A stretch of 64,000 nt of DNA, from NCBI GenBank assembly GCA_004022145.1, contig RCNU01000003.1. One strand, 5' to 3'. The position numbers were made by a program, and so were the translations under genes. This DNA comes from Paecilomyces variotii. Taxonomy: Eukaryota. Shown here piece after piece: positions 47,384-62,431 of the stretch. The notes below the pieces were generated by a model. That model saw only the letters and a program-made list of their open reading frames with translations, did not search any database and was not told the origin of the DNA. Position 1 is the first letter of the stretch. Each line of letters starts with the position of its first letter.

Positions 47384-50301
47384 TGTGCGAGACAAACCCT
47401 TAGTCAATAATAAACGAGAAACAAGACTACCAGGCAATAATAAATCAGATAGTCTAACAACTAGATCAACTCGAAAGATTCTCTCTGAGGTTAATAATGA
47501 AAAGAGTCGTACTCTTTCTCTAGACGGATCATTACGACTCCGCTTACTTCGGCCGACAAGATCTAACTAATTAACTTGTTTTGTCCCTAGGCCGATCAAA
47601 CCCCCAGTCTCCGGCACATCCACGCCCACTTGGCCGAAGCTTGCGATTAACTTGCCCCTCTCTTAACTTCTATCCTATCCAGATTACCTCCCCATCCCCT
47701 TATCTGAGCAATAGATCGGACTTTTCCGCGTGACGTCGGATGATCCGACGCTATGTTATTATTTCTCGATCGCAAATGTTTAGAACAGTGCTGCGATATA
47801 CATGCACTCGAATCATGGGTTTCGGGTGAGATACGTTATGCCCACGCTTCCTCTATCAGGAAGTCATGACGGTTAATGAGGCGTCAGAGTTTTGAACATC
47901 ATTCAATAAGCTGGTCTAGGTCATATGTATGGAATAAGCGTTTACAGTATAACAGGTCCATCAAGCACGGGTGGTGTAGGATGCTATCTACTTCATTCTC
48001 CCTAGTAACTCTTTTCCTCCTAAAGATACAACTTCTCTACAGCGAAACCTAACTCTACATGTCATTTCCTTTACTTCGATCAACAAAATTTCCTATCAGA
48101 TAATACTGACAATAGCAGAATTAGTTTCGAGTCCGGCATGATAGAGATCGGCATTATCGTATGCGGATAGCATGTTCTTCATCTTTCCTTGTGCAGTATT
48201 CCTGCTGCTTTTATTGAGACAGCACTAAAATAAATAGGTAATATTTCAAGAATATGACTTAAATCTATTTCTTATCAAGTTCGTTGTCGCTATTACTGTA
48301 AGAGTGTATTAGGGGCGTGCGAAAAGAGATAGCGATATTATATTATATTTACCCTCCTGAGCTCAACACAACTAATTCGTGGATGACACGAAACCTACCA
48401 TTAAAGAATAATACTTACTATCCTCCCGTTGTATAAGTCCAGTTTACTATCTTCTGTGTATTCTCCTTAAAACAAACCATCTGAGGTAGGACTCGCATAT
48501 CCGAAAATAATATCACACTTTCCTTAAAAGGAAATCAAAACATTAACCCGTGGACTTCTCCACAACCAGCAAAAAGCTCACATCCCTGGCCTCCCGCATG
48601 CCCTCAAGGGGGGGGGGGATTCTACCAAAACCCCACCTTGCTTTCGGCGGGCAGCTTTTTCCTCAGCTTTTTCTTTTTCTTTTCCCTTTTTTGTCCAGCC
48701 CTGGAGGCACAAGTATCATTTGATGTCTTGAATAAAAGTCCCGGGGGAATATGGCTATGTCACGTAGATGTGTTAAGGGAATTCTGGGGTTCGAGGAGGT
48801 GGTCTTTGTTGCGAGAGAGGTGTAATGTTGATAGACATGAGGAATTTTGATATGTGGATGGTATGCTAAGTCAGCTTTCCAAGGCATTGGTTAGTTATAT
48901 ATAATCAGCCAGCTTATGTATGGAACTTATATGTATCGATTTTCTCCACCCCGGTATTAACGAAAGTGACTCACGGTATGAAATTCGATCATCAGCAGAA
49001 ACATGGATTCGATAGGACCCCTTGCAAACGCATATTAACTATGTGTATAGCTTAACATCGAAAAAAATACATCAAGATCGACACACCTACGGAGACAACC
49101 AAACTAATAATCTAGAAAGCGAAACATACCATTTCTAGTCTCTATCTGCGCTGATCTGCATTTTCTCGTGATCAAGTTCTCATGCGTGCTTAGCTGTCAT
49201 CAAGAACTAAAACCCCTGCAAGGTCAAGGATCTGGCTTGTGCAAATACGAGTGGTGGAGGCAGACCAGGGTTCAAGATGCAGGCTCATCATACCTAGTTA
49301 TGCAGGTAGTCCTTTATAGGAATAGGATTCCGTATTACACAACCAGGGAGGGGAATTAGATTGAATTATTGTCGGGTTTTCCAGTTTTGGTGTTTCTTTT
49401 TGCGAGGATGTATGTATGTACTTTTGAAAACGCTTTTCTTTTATGCATTTTGGAACAGGCTGTAGTGGCTGTTATTGGCATTGCAGATAGACTAAATCTG
49501 TAGACCGATCTGCTGCCAGAAGCTTATATCGCAGAATATAGCTTTGATGTCTTAAGGGAAAGAAGGGCAATTTGCTCAATAACGTCTACCATTTTCTGGG
49601 TAACTAAATGGGACTACTCTATATCATGCATACTTCCAGGAGAATTATGCAACCTGACGAGCTATATTATATGAAACCAGTTCTCGAAGCGGTAGACTAT
49701 GGTCTCGACTGCTGATCCAGATGTCGCCTCGTCTTTGTCCTAGCTCATTTCTGCAGGTGTTCGAATATGGCAATAGCGGCGTTCCGTCGGTTACAATGAT
49801 TATGCACACCTAAGTTAAGTACCTAGGTAGTTAACAGAACGCCATACTAGGTACTTATGCTGCCCCGCGCTACTTGATAATGCTTTCCCGTGCCCCTCCA
49901 GTCGCTTTTTGCTTTGTGATATATAGACGGAATCAAATAAACTATTCTCATCGAGAACTCTAGGAGGAGTTCTTTGTTTGGCTTTATTGTTAAAGAAGCT
50001 TCACCTCGCATCTACTCTAGAGCATTATTATTTAATCGCGGTGCGAATCATCCGGATGCTGAGCATTATTTATGGCGCTGCGATCTCGGATGCGGAAGGG
50101 GGCAAGATGGTCCAATCAATACGCCGTCCGCAATCGTTACTAAGCCCGCCGTCGGGGTAAAAAGTGAATAGAGCGGAACCTTTGCGAGTCATATCTACCC
50201 CAGGTTAAATTGTGTTTCCTTTGCGATTATTATTGCTCGTCGTCGCCGTATATGATTACCTGCTTGCATAAAACACAATTGGAACGTTCTGTTTAGAAAG
50301 A

Positions 50302-51704
<1,403 letters not shown>

Positions 51705-52019
51705 ATCGAAATAGTATAACTATCCCCTTATTATCTTTTTGATTTTGAAAGCATTCAGCGGGGTTTATGAAAAATTAAAGACTATCCACTCGGTTTCTTT
51801 TTCTTTTTATTTCTATATATAAGAGCATAGATTCTCACGAAGCGAAAAGAAGCGATTTCCATCTTATACTATGGGTAGTTCTGTCATTATGTTACTTGAC
51901 ACAACAAGGACAATCACAGTAAAATCAGAATACAAAGTGAATAAATAAATCACGCTTCTGAATAGTTATCGATAAAATATAATCATCCTGTTTACATTGC
52001 GCTTAGATGATAATACACG

Positions 52020-52022
<3 letters not shown>

Positions 52023-52050
<28 letters not shown>
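52023..52050. repeat. (CT)n microsatellite
   Basis: ctctctct... run. Confidence 0.9.
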
Positions 52051-53064
52051 TGCAGGTAATGGAGAAATTGTATATTACATCTACCTATCAAGAACAACCG
52101 TCGAGATCACCTGCAAGCTACCCCATTCTTGATAACTAGTTATCACTTGTCCTAATTACATAACTACAGCGTTTTCGCAATAACTCTCAGGTCCCATGAT
52201 ATGATAAGCCTTAAGGTATGGTATGATATGATATGACACGAGATGATGCAGTGGTTGCCTAGAGTCCAGTTCGGGTTGAATCTCCGATGGTTCTAAAATT
52301 TAAACCATACCACCACATACTCCATAGTATATGATAATGATAATAATAATATAGTTAGGTTGCCAACTACCTAGGTAGCAGTAGGAAAAAAAAAGAAAAC
52401 TCTTTTAGATAAGAAGATGGGAAGGTGGGCCTGTTGCCTTATGGGGTTCCTTATAGGGAAGCTTGAACCGTAAAGAGGTAGGCAGCGAGGATAGGTGATG
52501 GCTTATTATTAGCCACTACTGGGATTAGTTCGATCCCCGCACATGTGTCTGTAGAATTCTGGAGTAATAGTAACTTGAGGAGGTCATATTCTAGTTTACT
52601 CACGAGTGCCATATAGGTAGGTACAGTACAGAACAGTTAACTAAACTAAACGAATGAATGACCTCGGGATCAAGAACCTGACTCAGACCGTTGATCGTCG
52701 TTGCCACGTTTGAAGGTAGCCAGCCCTTATTTTTTTTTTCTTCGAATCTGACTTCTACATGTACCTGGAAAAAATCCAGTATGGATGGATAAGAGCGGGG
52801 ATCTCCTACTGGATGAATTGTGGCCACGTTGAACGACGTCTGGGTACCAGATACAGGGCGACCAGGTCCAAGGATGGTGCTGAGTTAGGTACTAGTTACC
52901 TGTACGGCAATATTACCATATGGGGACAGATAGCCAGCCAAAGAGATGAAAAGCCTCCGGACAAAGTAACTACTACTCTAGGTCATGCAGGAAGCAGTTG
53001 AAGTTAGAAGGAAGGAGATCATGGATGTTCGGTGACTTTCCATCCGGAAATGGAGGGAGGGAGA

Positions 53065-53189
53065 GGGGGGGGGGGGGGGGGGGGGGGGTCACGAAGTCGT
53101 GTAGAATTTTCCTTCTTTTTTTTTTTTTTTTGAAGAATAATATGCTTCTCGCCATCATCGTATTCTCTCTCTCTCTCTCTCTCTCTCTC
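53065..53189. repeat. Cluster of simple repeats: G24, T16, (CT)n
   Basis: Poly-G 53065-53088, poly-T 53116-53131, CT repeat 53164-53189. Confidence 0.9.
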
Positions 53190-55520
53190 GCTGGTTAAGG
53201 TCCGAGCTTGGTCTTTTGATTTTCCCTGCTCGTCGCTTTCGGTCAGGAATGCGAAAGATGACTGAGATTCTTTGGGGCGGTGGAACAGGCAAATCGTCAT
53301 CGCTGCCGGAATGGATTAATTATATGCCTGCTGATTGGCGGGTTGCGGCAGAAAAAGCCCTGGACAGCGTGGCGACTCCGGAGTTGCAGCCGGTTGTGTG
53401 GGCATCGGGAGTTTTTTTTTATTGCATTAATTTTATTCTAATGAGCATAATTAGGATTGTTCTTGTTAACTAGTTAGTTATACTCTCTATTATTAATAAA
53501 TTATTACATGAAATGAAGGTACGATCATAAAAATAGTCTCTCGATTTAACAAAGCAGGACGGGGAAAAGCATGACCCGAGAAGAAAAAAAACAGACCATC
53601 TTGGGTCCTTGGGATCCTTCTTTGCTCCACCCCTGCGCTGCACGCAATCCTACCACGGCAAGTGATTAATTAAGGTGTCCTCCGGGTTCTTATTCCATCG
53701 CGCGCTGTGTGCGGTGATCGTCATGATCCAGAATATGGTGATGAGCTCTAGAACCTGAACCGGAGGACACCCGGTAAAGAAGAGCACGAGGCAGGGAAAA
53801 GAGTTTTATCGGCAACACGGGGACCGTGCAGTGCAAGTCGTACTGCAGGTGATAATAATATTAAATAACTAACCCGGTACAGCAGTGCCTCGAGTCCTTA
53901 TTCTTTCGTAGAGTAGTAATACTCCTTCACTGTTCTTTCAGTATCGATATTTTTGGACGCGCTTAGGGGCTGGCCATGTTATCAGGGACAGACGAATGTC
54001 ATGGATCGGATCTGATCTGATCTGACGAGCGATCTGCTTGTTCCAGACTATGGCCCGTCTTGAACAGCAGCCACACCGTACGTAGCCTACGCCTTATAGG
54101 AGAACTAGTAGAAGTATAGCAGAATAGAATAGAATAGAATGCGGAGTTCAAGTTAATACCCTATAGTAGTATCCGGTCACAGACACAGAGGCTGAGACAA
54201 CAAACCCCAGACGATAGACGAGTTCAGACTTCTCCTACTCCTCCGTACTGAGGATGGGACCGCTATCCGGCCACTATCGCATAGTCTCCGTCTCCGGTGT
54301 CGGGTGGAGCAGCAGCATCTGGCCTCTTAGCCATCTTGTATTATTCTAAATCTACAGACAAGAATCTAAGATTATCATTCAGGTATCGACGCTGAAAAAG
54401 CTGGAGCTGTCTTTGGTTTGGTCGATCTCCTAGTCCCGTAGGGCTAAGTTCAAGTTACCGAGTCCAGACGCTGTGGGACAGGAACAGCAGAACGGACACT
54501 GTTCGATTGAAAATACTGTACTGGCAGACGGCGTGGACAGAGACTGGCTGGGGGGTGGCAGTTAAGTAGTTCATTCGTTCGATCGTTCGTCGAGGATTCG
54601 AGTAACCTGTACGATGATACGGAGTAATAGTAATAATACTTTGGACTTGAGTCGATTCGAGTCCAGTTAACTTAGTCTAATTAATTAGTTGGTTAGTTAA
54701 TAGGGAGATTATTATGCACATCATGCCCCGGGCTTCCCTGGCTGTGTCTCATTGCCTCATCCCGCTGCGAGTCGGTGGCGCGGGCTGGACAGGCGCACGC
54801 GGTGGTTGGCCCAGGACGGCAACACGGGAGGGAGTCACAGTCTGTCAGTCTGTTCTGCTTGCTGGGATGGTTGGAATGGTTCCCCAAAGGCAGAATTCTC
54901 CTGTAGACTCGAGTAATAGAAAACGCTGCTGCTCCCCCATGTTTTTCCTTCTTCTCCAGCCATCGTCGATATGTCCGGGCTACAGATCATCCGCGCGACC
55001 AGCCTCGAATAAGCGCCGTATCGTCCTCGGATCGTTCTCTCAATAATAATATAATAATATTATTATTATAAGTGATCGAGTTGGTCGATTGATGCTCTTC
55101 TTGTCCAACGTTCCCTAGAGTGTGACCACCGTTACTACCTGTTATTATTATTACTATTATTATTATTACACTGCACCACTTAACTACTTATTTACTTACC
55201 ACCGCCACTGTTGGCTCGTACAATTTTACCATTCCGATTGACTACTATTATATTATTATTTGTTCCCCTCATTCTCTGTACTTTCCCTTTGCCTCGAATC
55301 ACGCGCGGTCACGAAACCGCCCGTGTCGCTCTGCTGCCTGGTGGCAAGCGTCTCGCACTCTTTCGCTGTGTCTGGTTTAGGTGAGACAGCCCCGTTTTGC
55401 CCCCCCGTAAGCTCCTTGGAAGATCGTGTCTTTTTTCTTTCGTTCCCCCCGAAGAGTCACCGCCCGGGCAGCCACGAGTCCACTCGCGCCAAAGCAGCCC
55501 AGCTCAGCAGCCCAGCCCAT

Positions 55521-55760
55521 TCCCATCCTATCCTATCCTATCCTATCCTATCTCGGAGCCTGAAAGACTCATTTCCGTTACAGTCATACCTACTCGCCTC
55601 CCTCCCTCTCTGCCCTTTTCTTCCCCCCGGTATAAACTACTGCGAAGCAGACAGCTCTCTCTACGTGTTGACTCCCCCTTCTCCTCCCAACCCGTAGAGA
55701 AAGCTTGTCTTCCTCCCGTCGTTTCCTCTCTCTCTCTCTCTCTCGCTCTCTCTTCCTCTC
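55521..55760 (+). promoter_or_regulatory. Probable core promoter of the cyclin gene: (CCTAT)n, TATAAA box and CT-rich tracts
   Basis: cccatcctatcctatcctatcctatcc at ~55522-55548, tataaa at ~55631, then pyrimidine/CT tracts typical of fungal transcription start regions. Confidence 0.5.
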
Positions 55761-57007
55761 ATTGCGCTTCTTGTCCGCTGGTGGTCCGCTTCGCCTCCCT
55801 GGTCTGGTGAACGATCAGCGCGTCCTCTTGCTCTCGATTCTGTTGCTTCCCGCCACCTTGCCACGCTCTGGACAGCAGAACAAATAACGTGAGTTGACTC
55901 ACTGTTCCATCCTGTTCGTTCCATCCTTCTGCTCTGATCCACCGGCCCATCACTTGCGCTGCTGCTGGAGTTGTTACTGGACCTGAGTGACTACACATCC
56001 GCCGGTGACTGTTTGCTCCGCCGCCTCCCCCAGCCCAGTCCCCCGGCACCGCCAGGCCCCCGTCGACTATTCTTCGGTGCCTCCAGGGATAATAAAAAAG
56101 AACTCCCCGCCGACTGGTTCATGATCATTTTCTTTTGCCTGGAGAGAACTCCGCGCTAATCTCGTGTTTCCCGCCTCAGTTCCTTGCGGCTCTCCGCCTC
56201 CCGCCGTTCCCCTAATCTCGTTCCGTCGATAGACCAGCAGACTGCCTTGACAAGCGTCAGACCTTAACTGGTGCTGCCTGCTTGTTGACAGTCCCGCCGT
56301 TTATCGGCCTCCTATATACTCGATCGACACCCCAGTTTACAAGATGTACCCTGTTGTAGCGACCACCTCCGATCCGATCATCCGCGTTGCAGAATCCTCC
56401 TCATCAGATCTCCGAAAGACCAGCAAGGTTGCTGCGGGTGTCTGCGTCTAGAAAGCCTTTCGAACCGCAGTCTGCAGAGGAGTTGATGTTGTCCTGTTTA
56501 ATCAACGACGTTGCTCGTCTGCGCATATACACACCGCTTCGGTTTTCAGATCTACATTTGGACTCTACACACGGTGATCGGGATCAAGGTTCCTGATCTA
56601 ACTTTCATCCTTTTCTACGTTACCCTACCTTCATATCCGCTGTTGATACCGTGCCGTATCAACATTCACCCGCTCGACTCGATTTCGAATTGGTGATTCT
56701 CACACCTCATTCATCTGACTTTCCCGTCTTATCGATCAAGCTGGCGATCGCTCAGTATTAAGGGTCCCCCGTCGCCTGATCCCAAAAGACGGCCTGCTCT
56801 ACTCGGTTTCGTCTCCCCGGTTATCGCCTAACGGTCTATTGAAAATATCACGGTTTAAAAAAAAATTAACAAACGAACCCATCCTGTCGTCACATTCTCT
56901 GTGACACAAGACAATCGCCATCGATCTTTGCCACTAGTTCTTGTATGACCCCCTGACGATCGGTCGAGAGTCAGTCGCAAGTTACGAGGAAGGCAAACCG
57001 TCCGGCT

Positions 57008-59231
57008 ATGACAGGAATGGACGTTTTGGGTTTGACCTACTCAAACCCGAGCATTCAGCAGAAAGCGCAGAATGTTCACCCTTACACCTCATCCATCGCT
57101 TCATCCGCCTCATCATCGTCCTCATCTATCTTCTCCCTTGACTGCGTCTCCTCTCAGAGTTCGATCTCTTCATCGTCCACTCACATGGTAGATGTCATCT
57201 GGGAGAACGAAGCGTCTGGTGAGACGCCGGTGACCGGAAGAGGCCTGGCTCAATCAAGTGAATCGAGTTCCCGTTACCCCCGGGGAAGTGTGAGGGCAAA
57301 TGTTCCCAAAGTGGCTGACACGGCAGTGCCGCCTGAGTTGCGGAAGAACCCTCGACGTACCAACAGCCTTGGTGTCTCATCGAACGGTGCTCCCTCTTGC
57401 GTGCGCGCCCCGCCGTCTCTTGTTCGTCAATGTGAGCGGAAAGTGAACTTCGTCGATAATCTCGTCGGTAAGTCTCAAACTCTTGAATGTGGACACGTGA
57501 TAAGTTCATCCGCTGAGATCCACATTTGAAGATACTGCGGCGCAAATAGTCGAGACGATATGGCCGTTGTCGGTCGTCTCTCTTCGCGGCGATTCTACCC
57601 TGGGCTGCAAGGGAGTTCTGCCTCTGCGTACCTTCATTCAGGAAACGCTCAGGCGATCCCGCACAAGTTACAGTACTCTGCAGGTGGCGCTCTATTATCT
57701 GATCAAGATCAGACCCCATGTGCCCAAACATGATTTCACAATGGAACAGCCTAGGGATAAGCCGCTCGCACGCGCCATGCAGTGCGGTCGACGCATGTTT
57801 CTCGCCGCCTTGATCCTCGCGTCCAAGTATCTACAGGACCGCAACTACTCCGCCCGAGCCTGGAGCAAGATTTCGGGCCTCAACACGGTCGAGATCAACC
57901 AGAACGAACTGATGTTTCTCGACGCCGTGAGCTGGAGGTTGCACATCCCGGAGAGTACGTTCCAGCGCTGGACAGACATTGTCCTCAGGTACACTCCTGG
58001 TGCTGGAGCGCCGCCTCCCGCGGACGGTCAGTGCTGGCGCACGATCATTCCCAAGCTCACGCCTGAGCTTGATTTTGTCGATCCCGAACCCGTCAGCCCC
58101 TGGGGTTTCGGAAGCTTCGAGATGGACTGTGCTGCGGAAGCACCCTGCAGCGAGATGTCGACACCGAGTCTCTCGTCTTCCCACGAGCAGACCCCGACAT
58201 GCGCTCGCAACATCCCTCTCACTCTCGAGCCGACCCCTCGATTGGAGTATCACAACCCATCTCTGCCTGCGCTTCCCCGACCTGGCTTGCTACCGACTCC
58301 TCAGATGACGCCTCAGTCGAGCGCCGCTTCCACTCCTGCTGTGAGTGTCAGCGGTTTCTATCCGCGGAGGCCATCCATCTGTTCAGCGATGTCGCAAGCT
58401 CAGAGCCTGTGCACGGCGCGTTCGACGCTCGATCAGCGCCCGCCCCCGTCGTTTTCTGGCCGGTCGGTAACCTACGATGGCTACCCCACGGCGATGCGTC
58501 GCTCCTCTCTGGCGCGATCGACTTCGTCCGCCTCGTCTCCAGAGTCGATGGTCTCCGATGTCTCGTCGATGTCGTCGCGTTCTTCCCGCTCTTCCTCCAT
58601 CTCGTCGAGTGCGTCTGGGACTTGCGCGCCTATCCAGTCTCGGCTGGCTATCAAGGCGACTCGTCGCTGCGCCAACAACGCGCTGAAGGAGTGCCGGAAG
58701 AACCTGATCATTGCCTCTCCGATCGATGAGACAGCGCTAGCGGGAATCTACAACTCCCCGGAATCGTACGTTGGTTCTGCACCGCAGGTGCCGGATCTGT
58801 CCAATTTCTCGTTGAATACTCCCATCGATTTAACTGCCCACGAAGCCGCTCAGGGTCTCTGTGAGCTATCGGGCGCTGTACCCCGCTCTCACCCGACGCC
58901 GGAGCCTGTCCCGGAGACACGACGCTGCCGAAAGCGCGGTCGCACCGCGTCGGAAGACATGATTCTGCAGACCAACGTCCGCCAGATCATGGGCATCAAT
59001 CCGGGCAAGTCGGAGGCGGTAGTATTGACTGACCGCAACGTTGCTGAGTCCTTCATGCTTCCGCAGCCGAAAGGCTTGCAGTCACCGTCCACTTCTCAGT
59101 TTGGCTCGCTGCGCTTGCCGGTCCCTCTATCCGGTCCTCATGGCACGGGCAGCTTGAAGCGTGCATGCTGCGGCAGCGAGGCCCGGCCGTTTCTGCTGAA
59201 CGCTGCCGGTCGGTCCAAGACCTTTAACTGA
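57008..59231 (+). CDS. PCL5: Pho85-type cyclin of the Pcl5/Clg1 group with long Ser/Pro-rich C-terminus
   Basis: Exons 57008-57467 and 57532-59231: RKVNFVDNLV|DTAAQIVETIWP..LPLRTFIQETLRRSRTSYSTLQVALYYL..CGRRMFLAALILASKYLQDRNYSARAWSKISGL..INQNELMFLDAVSWRLHI (cyclin box). Pcl5 versus Clg1 orthology is not resolved. Confidence 0.88.
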
Positions 59232-61127
59232 AGAAGCGAAAAGTAGGTTTCTTCCTATCATATCTCTCTTTACGAAAAACAAAAGATACCTCTTTTTGAT
59301 TTTACTGCTTATGGCAATCTGCTTGCACCAGCAGATGGTGTTGTTTCCTTTTTATTTGCTTTTGCGGCAGAGGACCAGGTGGTGTCCGGCTGAGACCATT
59401 GACGTCCTCCCTTTCATCTTGAGTACTCTGAAAAGCATTGTCTTGTGTATATACCCTGCTGTTTCGTCGGAAAACGAAGGGAAAAAGCGACTGCTTTCAA
59501 GTCTCTGGTGCCTGATGCTTCTACTCTTGCCTGCGACTTTATCTGGTGGAGAGGGGACTGGGAAGCTTGTCCCGCTCTCATTGTATGTATGATGTACCGC
59601 ACAGGTGGCTCTTGTCGGAGCTTGCTCCTTTGATTTTTCCCTTTCGCATGTTGTTTCTTATCGGTTCCCGGCGCGCGGTCGATACGGATGGGGGTTTTAT
59701 TTTGTGCTACGCTCCATTTTTGACTACGGTCGAATGCACGGGAAGGAGCTTCCCCTAGCAAAGCGGGATCGGAGCGAGAGGAGCATCCTACGGCGTCCAG
59801 TCTTTCGTCTCTCTTTCGGCCGCTCGTGGTGTAAGTAGGAATAGGCATTCGTACAGTACAATAATGCAACCACCATAATATGATCACCTGTCTTCCTCTT
59901 TCATAGATTAGGGATTATCCGGCTTCCACCCTGTTGATCAATTCTATCACTTAGTATCAGATCGGTTTTTCTGATCAACCAATACCGCCAATACCTTGGA
60001 AATAAGTAGCTTGGATCTATCTCTCGATTTCGGAACTTTTTGAGAAACATCTGAGTTATTCTACTAAACCCCCAGTTGCATATATTCCCTATCTCCCTTT
60101 CCATCGCTAACTAACTAGGTCCCATTATTAATCATTAGGCAACCATCTCCTCGCGAGGATAGGCGGCAAGTCACCTAAGTTAGGTAGGTAGGTTGATGTG
60201 GTCATGAGGGCAATCCGACCTCTCTTCACACCAACGACGATAATTCTCTCTCCTACACTTGGCGGTCTGTTGGCGTGACGATTTCTGGAGGACCGTGGCC
60301 TCGTTACCTATGCTGTGACTCATACCGCGTCGTCATCACGATGTTGTTTTTTCCAGTTGGGAAGTGTGGTGTGGTCTTCTCGCTACCAGATCCTCTACTC
60401 GATATTGTGCGCGCCCCTCCTGACCCTTATCCATGGTTAACTGACAACAGGGCAAAAAAGTTCGCCTTCAGTTTTCTTGGATATAGAGTAAGTTACATTG
60501 CGCCGATCAAACTGTGGCGAAGCTCCTCTCCACCGCCAGACCGTGGACACGTGCTGGTAGCGTGAGTCACGTTGCGAGCTGGGCTGACGCTTTGCCGCAT
60601 GAAGTTAGCCGCATGCCACGTGGGGCTAGCTGGAGACAGGTTCTTATTGCCGGAGAGGGAAAGTGGGGTGGAGCGAGGCCGGAGGACATCGGGGCACTTG
60701 TCGGGTACGTTCGGGAAGTCAGGTGATGGGCCGTTTTGGAAAATCCGCTGACTTAGCATGAGCTAGTCTGATCTTGGGATAGTACATATCAGATAAGATC
60801 ATGCGGTTAAACTTGATAAGATCCGAGGTCCCCACTCAGACCCACTGGCGTCATGTCCTGTGACCGTCACCCGACACGCCGCTAGTCAAACGACATCGAA
60901 CGAACATCCTCGGACGCTGAACAGCCCACTGTGATTGTGATTGTTCTCTTTTGCCCTTTTTTTTTTTATTTCTGCTGTTGCTGCGAAGCTTCATCGGCAG
61001 TCTTCTTTGAAAATCTTCTATTAAGCAAACGGGTTGCGGTTCCCTTCTTCCCTAACCCCCCTCTGTCCGGACCTCCGATTGGTATTTTGGACGATCGAAT
61101 AAAAAACGAAGGTTCCCGTCTCCAACC

Positions 61128-62075
61128 ATGGAGCTCGATAGAGTCTGGTCGATTTCAAAGCTTCTCACAACTTGTCTTGTACTCGGCCAGGTCGCGCGTC
61201 CGGTCTTGGGCGTCCCTGTGGTGGATGCGGGTGATGCTCCGTTTCAGCATGCCGTGATAGGACAGGAGGTGCAGCCGGAGCGTATCTACGATGACATGGA
61301 TTTACTTCTGCACTCTTCTGCTGCCTCCGATGAGGATAATGCAGATACAGTGACGGTTGGAAGCCAAGATGGAGAGGAGAAGACGACCTTCCCCCGTCCG
61401 TCGTGGTGGGTATCGACGCTGAGAGCGCGTCGTCTCCTCGCCCTCGCCAAAACTGGAGTCGTCTCGACCGTCTTCCCAGATCGTATCCCGCCCAGTTCCT
61501 TCGCTCCCCCTGACGTCGCAGGCGTATCGGTTCCGCTGCCCGAATACGTCGCAGACTGCGACGAAGCCCTCCCCGACGGCAACGGCGGAGACGGCAGCCC
61601 GACATTTGTCGGTCTAAAAATCTCCACGACCTTCCGCAACACAGCCGCCGGATCGAACATCAGCCTTTCTCTCGACTGGTGGGATCACCTCGACGAGACG
61701 CGACCCATCTACCCTGGTTTCCCACTCAGTCCGGCAGGTCTTCCGCGCGTGACGCTATTCGGATACGTAGTTCCCTTCGAAACCCCCCTACCCAGAGGCA
61801 CGAAGAGGGCTCTCGAATCGTGCTATCTGGCTAAACACCCCGACGCGAGAGTCTGGTTACCGGACCAGAAGTTCTCTCCGCACGAGAGCTTTTGGGCCAA
61901 GATGGTTGTCACCCATGTGTATTGGATCGGTGGGTTTGGAGATACCCAGCAGATCGGTTGGATGAATATCACTGAGTGGTCGGGGATTCGTCGTAAGGGT
62001 AGTTTGCCTGGAGTCGGTGATGGACGTGGTTGGGATGATGTTAGGTTGCCGGGTGAGAATGGTTATTACTCCTAA
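61128..62075 (+). CDS. CREG-like / pyridoxamine 5'-phosphate oxidase-like split-barrel protein with signal peptide
   Basis: Single-exon 315-aa ORF with hydrophobic N-terminus (LLTTCLVLGQVARPVLG). ARRLL..GVVSTVFP..EYVADC..GSPTF..ISTTFRN..PRVTLFG..CYLAKHPDARVW..H..VYWIGGFGD resembles the CREG family. Confidence 0.82.
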   Translation: MELDRVWSISKLLTTCLVLGQVARPVLGVPVVDAGDAPFQHAVIGQEVQPERIYDDMDLLLHSSAASDEDNADTVTVGSQDGEEKTTFPRPSWWVSTLRARRLLALAKTGVVSTVFPDRIPPSSFAPPDVAGVSVPLPEYVADCDEALPDGNGGDGSPTFVGLKISTTFRNTAAGSNISLSLDWWDHLDETRPIYPGFPLSPAGLPRVTLFGYVVPFETPLPRGTKRALESCYLAKHPDARVWLPDQKFSPHESFWAKMVVTHVYWIGGFGDTQQIGWMNITEWSGIRRKGSLPGVGDGRGWDDVRLPGENGYYS

Positions 62076-62431
62076 CTTGAGCTTTTGTTTTTTCCTCTTG
62101 GCGGGCATTAGGAGTAGTATGTATGTATGTATGTACATGCTGGCGAGGATGACTGTCGGGTAAGGCATGATGAGAAACGAAAACGAAACATCTGATGCAA
62201 ATTGACGAATCATCGATGAGTACATACTTGCCATGGGCAGTGCGACTCGAATACACAACAGCATGAACGGTTACAATACATAGTATAAGCAATAGGCAAT
62301 GGCAATCACTCACCCAAAACATGTTCCTTATTCATAACATAACACCAAGTATCAACTAAGTAAACAGATCGTATATTCTCATACCTATCTACTTATATAG
62401 AACCGAAATAAAAAGAAAAGGGAGAACCGCA

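Noticed and set aside
58199-58729. Alternative-frame ORFs overlapping the cyclin, MTC5, UBP6, AAT and NCS1 genes
   Set aside because: Expected by-products of GC-rich coding sequence; no motifs or independent start contexts.
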